From the NCBI GenBank assembly GCA_016288465.1, contig JAEEZC010000003.1, positions 1 to 45,767 on the forward strand: DNA of 45,767 nt, in the 5' to 3' direction. Each line of letters begins with the position of its first letter. The stretch's first letter is position 1. This document shows, one piece after another, positions 9,245-18,974 of the stretch. The position numbers and the translations under genes were made by a program. The notes beneath the pieces were generated by a model. That model worked only from the letters and a program-made list of their open reading frames with translations, made no database searches and was not told the DNA's origin. This stretch comes from Verrucomicrobiota bacterium. Its GTDB lineage: Bacteria; Verrucomicrobiota; Kiritimatiellia; RFP12; UBA1067.

Positions 9245-10543
9245 ATGCATTCGGTGATACTCGCAGCCATTCAGCTCGTAACCCTCGACCCGGGGCATTT
9301 CCACGCCTCGCTCGTCCAGAACAGGTCGTATCCGGAGGTCTCTCCGACGGTCAAGGTGTTCGCGCCTGCCGGAGCGGAGCTTGAAAGCCACCTCAAGCTG
9401 ATCGACAACTTCAACTCGCGCGCGGCGTCCCCGACCTCGTGGAAGGAGGACGTGTACCGCGGCTCCGACTACCTTGAGAAGTTCGAGGCGGCGGCAAAGG
9501 GCGGGGATCTCGGGGAGAGGCCGGTCGTGATACTCGCCGGCAAGAACAACAGGAAGGGCGACTATGCGCTCGCCGCGGTCGAGGCCGGGTGCAACGTCCT
9601 TTCCGACAAGCCGATGGCGATCACGCCCGAGGTCTTCGCAAAGACCGAGAAGGCTGCCCGTCTTGCGCAGGAGAAGGGCCTGTTCTTCGCGGACATCATG
9701 ACGGAGCGCAACGAGATCACGACGATTCTCCAGCGCTCGCTTGCGATGGACAAGGGGCTGTACGGAGAGCAGGAGAAGGGCACGCCCGAGGATCCCGCCG
9801 TGACGAAGGTCTCCGTGCACCACTTCTGCAAGCTCGTGAACGGCGCGCCGCTCAGGCGTCCGGAATGGTACTACGACACCAAGGTGCAGGGCGAGGGCAT
9901 AACGGACGTGACGACGCACCTCGTGGACCTTGTGCAGTGGGAGACCTTCCCCGGGGAGAAGCTCGCGAAGTCCGACGTCGAGGTCGTCTCCGCTAAGACG
10001 TGGGCGACGCGCATAACGCCAGAGCAGTTCAAGATGTCGACCGGCGGGACAGTCGCGGAGCCGTTTGACTGCGAGGCGAACGGCGAGTTCGTTTGGCGTC
10101 TCAGGGGCGTCAACTGCAAGGTGTCGGTCGTCTGGAACTTCATGGCGCCCAAGGGCACCGGCGACACGCACTACTCGATCATGCGCGGCAGCAAGGCCGA
10201 GCTTGTCATACGCCAGGGCGCGGACGAGGGCTACAAGCCCGTTCTGTACGTGAAGGCGCGCGGCGACGTAGCCGCGACGGGCGCGGCTCTCGAGGCGGCG
10301 CTTGCGAAGGTCCGCGGCAAGTGGGCTGGCGTCGCCGCCGTCGCCACCGACGAGAAGGGCGTCTGGCGCATCACGTATCCTTCCGAGTACGACATCGGGC
10401 ACGAGGCGCACTTCAGCCAGGTCGTGCGGATGTACCTCGACTGGATGAAGGCGGGCAAGGAGGATCCGGACTACGTCGACAACATGCTCGTGAAGTACTA
10501 CACGATAGTCGAGGCCCGCAAGAAGGCGCGCGCGGCGAAGTGA
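9245..10543 (+). CDS. Putative oxidoreductase (Rossmann N-terminal domain plus putative-oxidoreductase C-terminal domain family)
   Basis: 432 aa. The N-terminal LDPGHFHA motif and overall architecture are recalled from the Oxidoreduct_C-type family. Not verified by search. Confidence 0.65.
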   Translation: MHSVILAAIQLVTLDPGHFHASLVQNRSYPEVSPTVKVFAPAGAELESHLKLIDNFNSRAASPTSWKEDVYRGSDYLEKFEAAAKGGDLGERPVVILAGKNNRKGDYALAAVEAGCNVLSDKPMAITPEVFAKTEKAARLAQEKGLFFADIMTERNEITTILQRSLAMDKGLYGEQEKGTPEDPAVTKVSVHHFCKLVNGAPLRRPEWYYDTKVQGEGITDVTTHLVDLVQWETFPGEKLAKSDVEVVSAKTWATRITPEQFKMSTGGTVAEPFDCEANGEFVWRLRGVNCKVSVVWNFMAPKGTGDTHYSIMRGSKAELVIRQGADEGYKPVLYVKARGDVAATGAALEAALAKVRGKWAGVAAVATDEKGVWRITYPSEYDIGHEAHFSQVVRMYLDWMKAGKEDPDYVDNMLVKYYTIVEARKKARAAK

Positions 10544-11235
10544 CACTGCCTGAACCGAGACGCATCACGCTGTTCGCCGGCCATTACGGCAGCGGCAAGA
10601 CCAACGTCGCGCTCAACTATGCGCGGCGCCTGAGGCGTCTCGGCTCCGGTCCGGTCACGATAGCCGACCTGGACATCGTGAATCCGTACTTCAGGACAAA
10701 GGACTTCGCGGACGAGCTTCTGCGCGAGGGCATCGGGCTGGTCGTGTCCGAATTCGCGAACTCCAACGTGGACTTCCCCGCGATGCCGAAGGAGATATAC
10801 TCCCTTGCGGTCTCGGGGGAATGCGATGCGGGGCGCGTCGTGATGGACATCGGCGGCGACGACCGAGGCGCCCTTGCGCTTGGCCGGTATGTCGACGACA
10901 TCCGGGCGGGCGGCGACTACGAGATGGTCGGCGTCGTCAACGCCTCGCGTCCGCTGACGCGGAGGCCCGAAGACGCGGCCGAGGTGCTCAGGGAGATCGA
11001 GGAGGCGTGCGGGCTCAGGTTTACGGGGCTCGTGAACAACACGAACCTCGGGCAGCAGACGACGGCCGGGACAGTTCTCGACTCGCTTGAGTACGCAGAG
11101 TCGGTCGCGGCGCTTGTCGGGGTTGACGTTCTCTTCACGTGCTGCCGCAGCGACATCGCGCCGGAGCTTGAAGGCAGGGTCGAGAGGCTCATGCCGCTGG
11201 AAATCTTGAAACAGTACTATCAGATGGAGGAATGA
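10540..11235 (+). CDS. P-loop NTPase of unknown function (SIMIBI/GPN-loop-like)
   Basis: GTG 10540 overlaps the upstream stop (GTGA). Walker A GHYGSGKT, Walker B-like IADLD, DxxG (DIGGD), and NNTN in place of NKxD. 231 aa. Confidence 0.65.
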   Translation: MTLPEPRRITLFAGHYGSGKTNVALNYARRLRRLGSGPVTIADLDIVNPYFRTKDFADELLREGIGLVVSEFANSNVDFPAMPKEIYSLAVSGECDAGRVVMDIGGDDRGALALGRYVDDIRAGGDYEMVGVVNASRPLTRRPEDAAEVLREIEEACGLRFTGLVNNTNLGQQTTAGTVLDSLEYAESVAALVGVDVLFTCCRSDIAPELEGRVERLMPLEILKQYYQMEE

Positions 11236-11236
11236 A

Positions 11237-11932
11237 ATGGCTGAGCTTATAGTTGCGCTTGACGTTGACTCTCGTGCGCAGGCCGAGGCGAAGGTGAAGG
11301 AGATAGGCGACGCGGTCGGCTTCTACAAGATCGGGCTGGAGCTGTTCACCGCCGAGGGACCCGACGTGGTGAAGGCGGTCAAGGATCTCGGGAAGAGGGT
11401 GTTCCTCGACCTGAAGTTCCACGACATTCCGCGGACGGTCGAGCGCGCCGTCCGCTCGGGAGCCAGGCTTGGGGTCGACCTGATGACAATCCATTCGGTC
11501 GGCGGCAGGGCGATGATCGGCGCGGCGGCTGCGGCGGCCGCGGAGTTCGGCGAGAGGGGCCCCAGGATTCTCGCCGTGACGGTGCTCACCTCTCTGGACC
11601 GGACCGATCTCGAAGATGTCGGCATCGCGGGGCGCAGTCCTGCCGAGCAGGTCCTTGCGATGGCGAAGTTCGCGACGTCCTGCGGTGCGCACGGCCTGGT
11701 CTGCTCTCCGAAGGAGGTCGGGGCGCTTTCGGCGGAACTGCCGAGCGGGACTCTTTTCGTGACGCCCGGGGTTCGTCCCGCTGGCGGCGACGTCGGGGAC
11801 CAGAAGCGCGTAGCCACGCCGGCGGACGCGGTCCGCGACGGAGCAACGCACCTTGTCGTAGGGCGCCCGATACTGTGCGCGGCCGATCCTGCCGCGGCGG
11901 CCAGGGCGATTCGCGCGGAGATGGGGATGTGA
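11237..11932 (+). CDS. pyrF: Orotidine 5'-phosphate decarboxylase
   Basis: LIVALDV...FYKIGLELF...VFLDLKFHDIPRTV...TPGVRP signature. 231 aa. Confidence 0.93.
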   Translation: MAELIVALDVDSRAQAEAKVKEIGDAVGFYKIGLELFTAEGPDVVKAVKDLGKRVFLDLKFHDIPRTVERAVRSGARLGVDLMTIHSVGGRAMIGAAAAAAAEFGERGPRILAVTVLTSLDRTDLEDVGIAGRSPAEQVLAMAKFATSCGAHGLVCSPKEVGALSAELPSGTLFVTPGVRPAGGDVGDQKRVATPADAVRDGATHLVVGRPILCAADPAAAARAIRAEMGM

Positions 11933-13302
11933 CAGCGAACGCGTCCATATTCGTCGCGGCCCTTGCCGTGGTGCTCGCCGTCCCGCCGCTGTCCGCCGCG
12001 GACGAGGCGCTGACGGACGGCGAGATATGGAATCGGGGCGTTTCGCAGTACGAGGTCGGAGACGTCACGAACGCGCTTGCGACGCTGCGGCCGCTGATGC
12101 TGTCGCGCACGCATGGCGCGCGGGCGGCGGAGGTCGTCGCCAAGCTGGAGCACGAGAGGGGGAACCGCGAAGAGGCCGCCGTCGCCGCGCAGATCGCGCT
12201 GCGGGCGAACCCTGGGGATCCGCGTGCGGCGCGGAACTTCACCCGTGCGACGGACGGGCTTGCAGAGAAGCGCGAAGCCGACCGCGTCAGCGCAGTGCTG
12301 AAGGCCGCGCAGGGCAAGGACCCGGCCGCGATGCTGCGCTCGGCGACGCATGACGCGCGCAAGCTCATGGAGGAGGCGGGGACGTACCGCACGAACGCCG
12401 CGCAGAAGGCCGTGGCTCTTGCGGACTCGCTGTCCGCCAGGGCGGCGAAGCTGGCGGACGTGTGGATACCGGTGAGGGAGTCGATTGTCCAGTCCGTGAC
12501 GAACGAGGAGCAGGCCGCAACGATACTTCAGCAGCTCGACACTGCTCGGGAGAAGACCAGAAAGGCCGCGATGGAGCTCTCGGACCTGGACGGAGGCGCA
12601 TATTCGACGATGAGCGACGTCGAGCACGACTTCACCCGGTTCATGAAGCTGACGGTGCCGCCGCCTGCGGCGATGGACGAAGACCACGTCTGCCAGTCGA
12701 ATGCGTGGATGGACGTCGAGGCGTTCAACGGACGGTCGTGGCAGCAGGACGCCTTGGACTTCACGAGGGCTTTCCGCGCCAAGTTCCCCGCATGGGCGCG
12801 CGAGTACGAGCAGCAGGCGCAGGCCGACACCAACAAGCCCCAGTTCACAGCGGAGGCCCAGGCCAAGGTTTCCGCGCTTGCGACGGAGCTGGAGAAGATC
12901 CAGATGGAGTGCTGCGAGAAGAATCTGCCGCCAAGCCAGGAAAAGGCCCTTGGCATCATCGACGAGATACGCTCGCTTTTGCCGAAGGACGGCGGAGGCG
13001 GCGGGCAGGGACAGAGCGGACAGTCTGGCGACAAGGGCGGCGACGACAACCAGAAGAACGACCAGCAGCAGGATCCTGGCGAGCAGAAGCCCGAGGACGA
13101 CGAGGGCCAGAAGCAGGAGGAAGAACCTCAGCAGCAGGAGCCGGAGAAGGACGAAGGGGGACAGCCGGAAGAGGAGAAGGAGGAGGACAGCGAGGTCGAG
13201 GCCGTGCTTCAGAAGGCCCAGGAGCGGAACGACGAACACGAGGCGAACAAGAGGGCGCGGATGCGCAAGGCGCCGCTTCCGCCCAACGAGAGGGACTGGT
13301 GA
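11929..13302 (+). CDS. Secreted protein with helical/TPR-like N-terminal part and Gln/Glu/Asp/Lys-rich low-complexity tail ending in RDW (BatC-like tail, tentative)
   Basis: GTG 11929 overlaps the pyrF stop. Signal peptide IFVAALAVVLAVPPLSAADE. About 90 aa of acidic low complexity, then ...AVLQKAQERNDEHE...NERDW. The BatC resemblance is from memory only. Confidence 0.6.
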   Translation: MTANASIFVAALAVVLAVPPLSAADEALTDGEIWNRGVSQYEVGDVTNALATLRPLMLSRTHGARAAEVVAKLEHERGNREEAAVAAQIALRANPGDPRAARNFTRATDGLAEKREADRVSAVLKAAQGKDPAAMLRSATHDARKLMEEAGTYRTNAAQKAVALADSLSARAAKLADVWIPVRESIVQSVTNEEQAATILQQLDTAREKTRKAAMELSDLDGGAYSTMSDVEHDFTRFMKLTVPPPAAMDEDHVCQSNAWMDVEAFNGRSWQQDALDFTRAFRAKFPAWAREYEQQAQADTNKPQFTAEAQAKVSALATELEKIQMECCEKNLPPSQEKALGIIDEIRSLLPKDGGGGGQGQSGQSGDKGGDDNQKNDQQQDPGEQKPEDDEGQKQEEEPQQQEPEKDEGGQPEEEKEEDSEVEAVLQKAQERNDEHEANKRARMRKAPLPPNERDW

Positions 13303-14423
13303 TGAAGATAGTCGTTGCATGTGGTGGCACTGGCGGGCACGCCTTTCCCGGACTTGCCGTGGCCGAGGAAATGTCCAGGCGCGGGCACGAGGTCGTCGTC
13401 TGGGACTCCGGAAGGGACATCGAGTCTTCGGTCATGAAGCGCTGGAAGGGGCCGGTCTTCTCGACCGGCGCCAGGCAGCTGGCGGCAAGGAACGTGTTCG
13501 CGATAGTCCGCTCCATCGCGAGATGCCGAAAGGAGATGAAGCGCTACAAGCCCGACGCCCTGCTGGCCATGGGCTGCTACTCGTCGCTGCCGCCCGTGCT
13601 GGCGGCTCGGAGCTGCGGCGTGCGGGTCTTTCTGCACGAGGCGAACACGGTGCCTGGGAAGGCGGTCGAGTTCCTCTCGAGGTTTGCGGACGTCGTTGCG
13701 ACCAGCTTCACTGGAACGGCCGCCAGACTGCCGGATGTGAAGACGGAAAGGACGGGGCTTCCCATAAGGTCCGACATAGCGTCGGGCAGCCGCTTCAGCT
13801 TCATCCCGGCCGGCTCCTTCGTCGTGTTCGTCACGGGCGGTTCGCAGGGTGCCCACGCCGTGAACGAGCTTGCCGTTGCGGCGCTTTCGATGTTCTGGCG
13901 TGAGCTGGAGAAGCGTCGTTCCCAGGGCGGCGCGGAGGGAGTGCGGCCGCTGTACGTCATACATCAGACCGGGGTTCTCGACGAAGGGCCGGTCATCGGA
14001 TCGTATGCGGCGGCGCGTCTGCCTTCGCGCGTGCACGCGTTCGAGAAGGAGATGGCGGACGCGCTGGCATCCGCCGACGTGGTCATCGCGCGGGCCGGTG
14101 CGTCGACGTGCTTCGAACTTGCCGCGTGCGGCAAGCCGGCGCTGCTGGTTCCGCTGCCGAGCGCGGTGCGCGACCATCAGCACTTCAACGCGGCGGCGTT
14201 CGCCTCTGCGGGCGCGGCGGACGAGGGCGTGCAGGCCAAGCTCGCTCCGAGGCAGCTGTGCCGGTATCTTCTGAATCTGTACGACAACCCGGCGAAGCTC
14301 GAGGCCATGTCCTCCAAGATGCGGTCCCTTGCCGTGCCGGACGCCGCCGCGCGTGTCGCCGACATGATCGAGCGCACCGTCCGTTCGGGGACGGCGGACG
14401 AGACTCGCGGCACTCAGGCGTAG
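13302..14423 (+). CDS. murG: Undecaprenyldiphospho-muramoylpentapeptide beta-N-acetylglucosaminyltransferase
   Basis: MKIVVACGGTGGHAFPGLAVAEE N-terminus, a GGSQGA motif, and C-terminal RAGASTCFELAACGKPALLVP. ATG 13302 overlaps the upstream stop. Confidence 0.93.
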   Translation: MKIVVACGGTGGHAFPGLAVAEEMSRRGHEVVVWDSGRDIESSVMKRWKGPVFSTGARQLAARNVFAIVRSIARCRKEMKRYKPDALLAMGCYSSLPPVLAARSCGVRVFLHEANTVPGKAVEFLSRFADVVATSFTGTAARLPDVKTERTGLPIRSDIASGSRFSFIPAGSFVVFVTGGSQGAHAVNELAVAALSMFWRELEKRRSQGGAEGVRPLYVIHQTGVLDEGPVIGSYAAARLPSRVHAFEKEMADALASADVVIARAGASTCFELAACGKPALLVPLPSAVRDHQHFNAAAFASAGAADEGVQAKLAPRQLCRYLLNLYDNPAKLEAMSSKMRSLAVPDAAARVADMIERTVRSGTADETRGTQA

Positions 14424-14441
14424 ATTTCGCGTTCCTGGTTA

Positions 14442-14450
14442 TGGTATAAT
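14442..14450 (+). promoter_or_regulatory. Candidate extended -10 promoter (TGGTATAAT)
   Basis: TGGTATAAT lies 19 nt after the murG stop and 40 nt upstream of the small ORF at 14490. GGAGG is at 14475..14479. Confidence 0.45.
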
Positions 14451-14489
14451 ACGGACGTCTAGGAGAGAACACATGGAGGTAGGTGCAGT

Positions 14490-14699
14490 ATGATCAAGAA
14501 GCTTTTCAGCCGCGTGCTGCCTTCGGCCGCCGCGATCGCTCTTGTCGTGCTCGGCAGCCTTTGGCTGTACGGGTTTGTCGGGGTCAAGGCCGGCTGGATA
14601 GGCCCGACGGAGATACCGGGCCTCAATGCGGTGTCGCACAGCGGCGCCGAGGCTGCGGGTGGCGTCGCGGCGGCGGCGAAGGCCAAGATCGGCCTCTGA
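14490..14699 (+). CDS. Small membrane-anchored protein (69 aa), hypothetical
   Basis: Good SD (GGAGG, 10-nt spacing), N-terminal TM segment (AAAIALVVLGSLWLYGFVGV) and Ala/Gly-rich tail. No recognisable family. Confidence 0.45.
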   Translation: MIKKLFSRVLPSAAAIALVVLGSLWLYGFVGVKAGWIGPTEIPGLNAVSHSGAEAAGGVAAAAKAKIGL

Positions 14700-14749
14700 G
14701 TTTCGGGCTGCACCAGCGGCCCTGGCGTTTTGGCGAAAGGACAAGTCCA

Positions 14750-16150
14750 ATGAAGCTAACCTTCTACGGCGCGGCGCAGACGACGACGGGGTCAATGCAT
14801 CTTCTCGAGGCGAACGGCAAGAGGATACTCCTCGAGTGCGGTCTCTATCAGGGCCATCGCAAGGAGGCCTTTGAGAAGAACCGCAACCTTCCGGTTGACG
14901 CTTCCAAGATAGACTATGTGATACTGTCGCACGCGCACATCGACCATTCCGGGAACCTGCCGCAGCTTGTCAGGCAGGGCTTCAGGGGCCGGGTGTTCGC
15001 GCGTCAGTCCACGACGGACCTCTGCGACATAATGCTGAGGGACTCGTGCTTCCTGCAGAAGCGCGACCTCGAATACATCAACAAAAGGCGCCGCAGGGAA
15101 GGCAAGAAGCTCTTCGAGCCGCTGTACGACGAACATGACGTCGACGCGCTGATGAAGCTGTTTGTGCCGACCCACATGCACGAGCCGCGCGAGATATGCC
15201 GCGGCGTGACGCTCGAGTTCTTCAACGCCGGCCACATTCTAGGATCGGCGCTTGTGCAGCTTGACGTGAAGTCGGACCACGGGCACAACCACCGGATTCT
15301 CTTCTCGGGCGACCTTGGCCAGCCCAACCAGCCGATTCTGCGCCACTACGAGTACCCTGCCGGCGCTGACATATTGCTGATCGAGTCCACGTATGCCGAC
15401 CGCTTCCATCCGTCCGCCGACGACGTGGAGCTGCGGCTCGAGAGCTATCTCAAGTACATAGACCGGCACAACGCGAAGCTTCTGGTGCCGGCGTTTTCGG
15501 TGGGGCGCACGCAGCAGATCATCTACTATCTCAACAAGCTTGCGGAGAGGCGCAAGCTGCCGCGCGAAGTCAAGGTCTTCATCGACTCCCCGCTGTCCCA
15601 GAAGGCCACTCGCATATACGCCGCGCACCGCGAGGTGTACAACGACGAAGCCCGCGCCATGCTGGCCGCCGGCAAGGACCCGCTGTCTTGCCCGAACCTG
15701 TCGTTCGTGGGCACGCCCGAGGAGTCCATGGCCCTGAACGACATGCCCGGCCCGATGATCATCATCGCGGCAAGCGGCATGTGCGAAGGAGGGCGGGTCC
15801 TGCACCATCTGAAGCACTGCGTGCAGGATCCCGACAACATAATCCTCATATGCGGCTTCCAGGCCGAGAATACGCTCGGGCGGCGCGTGGTGGAGAGAAA
15901 GAGCCCCATACGCATCTTCGTCGAGGAGGTCGAGCTGAAGGCGAAGGTCGAGGTCATAAACGCCCTTTCCGCGCATGCGGACCGCGCCGGCCTCGTAGAC
16001 TGGCTTTCCGAGGTGAAGGACAACGTGCGGCACGCTTTCGCCGTGCACGGTGAGCCGGAGAAGGTCGCCGCAATGGTTGAGATTCTCAAGGACCACGGAA
16101 TACGCAACTGCACCGCCCCGCTGCCGGGGCAGACATTCAAGTTCGACTGA
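14750..16150 (+). CDS. MBL-fold beta-CASP family hydrolase (RNA-metabolising metallo-beta-lactamase)
   Basis: In-frame ATG 14750 gives 466 aa. HxHxDH motif (SHAHIDHSG), then beta-CASP region and C-terminal SAHAD motif. Confidence 0.85.
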   Translation: MKLTFYGAAQTTTGSMHLLEANGKRILLECGLYQGHRKEAFEKNRNLPVDASKIDYVILSHAHIDHSGNLPQLVRQGFRGRVFARQSTTDLCDIMLRDSCFLQKRDLEYINKRRRREGKKLFEPLYDEHDVDALMKLFVPTHMHEPREICRGVTLEFFNAGHILGSALVQLDVKSDHGHNHRILFSGDLGQPNQPILRHYEYPAGADILLIESTYADRFHPSADDVELRLESYLKYIDRHNAKLLVPAFSVGRTQQIIYYLNKLAERRKLPREVKVFIDSPLSQKATRIYAAHREVYNDEARAMLAAGKDPLSCPNLSFVGTPEESMALNDMPGPMIIIAASGMCEGGRVLHHLKHCVQDPDNIILICGFQAENTLGRRVVERKSPIRIFVEEVELKAKVEVINALSAHADRAGLVDWLSEVKDNVRHAFAVHGEPEKVAAMVEILKDHGIRNCTAPLPGQTFKFD

Positions 16151-16166
16151 AGAACCACATAAACAA

Positions 16167-16673
16167 ATGAAGCTTATAGAGTCGTTCCAGGTAGACCACA
16201 CGAAGATCGGCCCCGGCATCTACGTCAGCCGCAGAGACAGGGTGCAGGGCGGATGGATCACGACGTTCGACGTGCGCATGAAGACGCCGAACAAGGAGTC
16301 CGCGATCCATCCGAACGCGATGCACACGATCGAACATGTTGTCGCGACATATCTTCGCAGCTCCGATTTCCGCGACCATGTAGTCTACTGGGGGCCGATG
16401 GGCTGCCTTACGGGGTTCTACTTCATCACGAACACGCCTGACGAGATAAGGCCCGAGGATGTCGAGGGGCTGATCCGCTCGGCGTTCAGGCATCAGGCCA
16501 ACTACCGCGGGGACGTGCCAGGCGCGACGCCGGTCTCGTGCGGAAACTACCTCCTTCACGACTTGCCGTCCGCAAAGCGGGAGGCCAAGGAGTTCCTGTC
16601 GAGGAAGTGGCGCTTCGCCTATGCGAAATCCCGTCGCGCCAATGTCGGAGGAAAGACCTTTTTCGACGCCTGA
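16167..16673 (+). CDS. luxS: S-ribosylhomocysteine lyase
   Basis: MKLIESFQVDHTK..., HxxEH metal motif (HTIEH) and GCLTGFY cysteine motif. 168 aa from ATG 16167. Confidence 0.9.
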   Translation: MKLIESFQVDHTKIGPGIYVSRRDRVQGGWITTFDVRMKTPNKESAIHPNAMHTIEHVVATYLRSSDFRDHVVYWGPMGCLTGFYFITNTPDEIRPEDVEGLIRSAFRHQANYRGDVPGATPVSCGNYLLHDLPSAKREAKEFLSRKWRFAYAKSRRANVGGKTFFDA

Positions 16674-16690
16674 CAAAGCAGGAGGACCAA

Positions 16691-18022
16691 ATGAAGACCA
16701 TACTCGACAAGATCGCCGCGGACGGAGTCAAGTACAACTGCTCGGTAAAGACCGTGGGCGAGGCCAAGATAGCCTCGCCTGTCAGGCGGCACGACTTCAT
16801 CTGCGACGGGCAGCGCGTTCTCCTCACCGGCGACCGCGAGGTGCTGGAGGCGTGGAAGGGGCGTCTCGGCCACTTCCCGTCATTTGAGCGGGCGGGTGCG
16901 CACGAGCGGATATTCCACGACCCGGCTTGGACGCGCGTCGGCATTGTCACGGCGGGCGGCCTCTGCCCTGGGCTCAACAACGTAATAAAGGGGCTCGTCG
17001 AGATACTTTCGGCCGACTATGGCATACGAAGCATCTTCGGCATACGCTATGGCTACGCGGGGCTCAACCCCGAGTACGGCTATGCGCCCATTCAGCTTGA
17101 CGTCGACTCGGTCGACACGATCCACGAGCGCGGCGGGACCATTCTCGGGTCTTCGCGCGGCCAGCAGCCGACGGGTGTGATCGTGGACACCCTTGTAAGG
17201 ATGAACATCAACATCCTCTTCTGCATCGGGGGCGACGGGTCGTTGCGATGCGCGCACGAGATAGCGGAGGAGATTCTCCGCCGCGGGCTGGGCATATCGG
17301 TCGTGGGCATTCCGAAGACCATAGACAACGACCTTCATTTCGTGGGGCGTTCGTTCGGCTTCGAGACGGCCGTTGCGGAGGCGGCGCCCGTCATACGCAG
17401 CGCGCACATGGAGGCGAAGGGCGCGCACAACGGCATCGGCCTGGTCAAGCTTATGGGCCGCGACTCCGGCTTTATCGCGGCGTACGCGGTCATGGCGAAT
17501 CCGGTCGTCAACTTCTGCCTGGTGCCGGAGACAGACTTCGAGATAGAGGGGCCGAACGGGCTGCTGGCCGCGCTCGGACGCCGATTCGCGTCCGGCAAGG
17601 ACCATGCGGTGATCGTCGTTGCCGAAGGCGCCGGCCAGAAGTTCCTTGAGGGTGCGGACGAGAAGGACGCTTCCGGGAACGTGCTCAAGAAGGACATTGG
17701 AAGGTATCTGCGCCATCGCATTTCGGAGTATCTGAAGGGCGAGGGCATAGACCACGCCGTCAAGTATTTCGATCCGAGCTACGCCATTCGCTCCGTGCCG
17801 GCGCGCGGAACCGACGCGATACGCTGCTACATGCTGGCGAGGAACGCGGTCCATGCGGCCATGGCGGGCCGCACCGACTGCGTAGTCGGCGAGGCTGGCG
17901 AGCTGTACACGCTTGTGCCGATAGCGCTCGCCACGATCGAGCGCCAGAAGCTGAACCTTTCCGGTGACCTCTGGCGATGCGTGGTAGACGCGACCGGGCA
18001 GGAGAGGCTGTTCGGCGTGTGA
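16691..18022 (+). CDS. pfk: 6-phosphofructokinase (PFK-A family, long form)
   Basis: GIVTAGGLCPGLNNVI, IGGDGS and PKTIDND motifs. 443 aa from ATG 16691. Confidence 0.9.
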   Translation: MKTILDKIAADGVKYNCSVKTVGEAKIASPVRRHDFICDGQRVLLTGDREVLEAWKGRLGHFPSFERAGAHERIFHDPAWTRVGIVTAGGLCPGLNNVIKGLVEILSADYGIRSIFGIRYGYAGLNPEYGYAPIQLDVDSVDTIHERGGTILGSSRGQQPTGVIVDTLVRMNINILFCIGGDGSLRCAHEIAEEILRRGLGISVVGIPKTIDNDLHFVGRSFGFETAVAEAAPVIRSAHMEAKGAHNGIGLVKLMGRDSGFIAAYAVMANPVVNFCLVPETDFEIEGPNGLLAALGRRFASGKDHAVIVVAEGAGQKFLEGADEKDASGNVLKKDIGRYLRHRISEYLKGEGIDHAVKYFDPSYAIRSVPARGTDAIRCYMLARNAVHAAMAGRTDCVVGEAGELYTLVPIALATIERQKLNLSGDLWRCVVDATGQERLFGV

Positions 18023-18061
18023 CGAGGTGCAAGTCGCAATCATAGGAGAACACACACAACA

Positions 18062-18955
18062 ATGAATCCGTTCAGTCTGAGGCCGTACGTAAAGAAGGCG
18101 ATATGGGGAGAGGAGCGCTGGGTGCTTTCCGGCATGCCGGGGCGAGAGAGCGTGACAGATGACGGCCGCACGCTTTCGGAACTTCTTGCGGACATGAAGG
18201 ACGACCTGGTTGGAGAGCCCGTGTACAAAAGGTTCGGCTGCAGGTTTCCCCTGCTTGCCAAGTTCATAGACGCAAGGCGGGACCTCTCTCTTCAGGTCCA
18301 TCCCGACGATGCGCTTGCAAAGGCCCGCCATGGTTCGCCCGGCAAGACCGAGATGTGGTACGTCGTCTCCGCGGAGCCGGGCGCAAAAATCGCGGCTGGC
18401 TTCGCGCGGCCTCTTTCAGGTGAAGAATACGAACGTCTCTCGTCCGGCGACGCCACGGGCCTTCTTCAGGCGGTGGTTCGGCACAGCTCCTGTTCCGGCG
18501 AGACGTTCTTCCTTCCGGCGGGAACGGTCCACGCAATAGGCGGCGGCAATCTGATCGCGGAGATCCAGCAGCCGAGCGACGTCACCTATCGGCTCTGCGA
18601 CTATGGACGGCTCGATGCCGACGGACGGCCGAGAGAGCTGCACGTGGAGCTCGCAAGGGAGGCGGTGGATCTTTCCGCATCGTGTTCGCCGGTGAGGTAC
18701 GATCGCTCCGCGGGCAGGGCATCCTTGGCTTCGTGCGAGCACTTCACCGTCGAACGCGTAGTTGCGGACGGCGAGGCAGACGTGGATTTCGGAGAAGACT
18801 CCTTTGTTGCCGCGCTCTGCGTCGACGGAGGGGCGGTGGTGAATGGCGTCGAGGTCGGCCAGGGCGGAGCTCTGCTTGTGCCTGCGGCGGACCGAACGCT
18901 TCGCATCAGGGGGAATGCCACTTTTCTCGCGGCATACATCAAGCATTGTGAATAA
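18062..18955 (+). CDS. manA: Type I mannose-6-phosphate isomerase
   Basis: KKAIWGEERW..., FPLLAKFIDA...LSLQVHPDD and GKTEMWYV cupin motifs. 297 aa. Confidence 0.85.
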   Translation: MNPFSLRPYVKKAIWGEERWVLSGMPGRESVTDDGRTLSELLADMKDDLVGEPVYKRFGCRFPLLAKFIDARRDLSLQVHPDDALAKARHGSPGKTEMWYVVSAEPGAKIAAGFARPLSGEEYERLSSGDATGLLQAVVRHSSCSGETFFLPAGTVHAIGGGNLIAEIQQPSDVTYRLCDYGRLDADGRPRELHVELAREAVDLSASCSPVRYDRSAGRASLASCEHFTVERVVADGEADVDFGEDSFVAALCVDGGAVVNGVEVGQGGALLVPAADRTLRIRGNATFLAAYIKHCE

Positions 18956-18974
18956 GAACAAAACTATCGGAGGT

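Noticed and set aside
10093-10539. Upstream extensions of several track ORFs: 10093, 11875, 12462, 14483, 16050, 16538, 18843, 4815 and 6001.
   Set aside because: The extensions overlap the preceding well-supported gene in another frame and are Arg/Gly-rich. Family-typical N-termini and SD sites support the internal starts used in the feature list.
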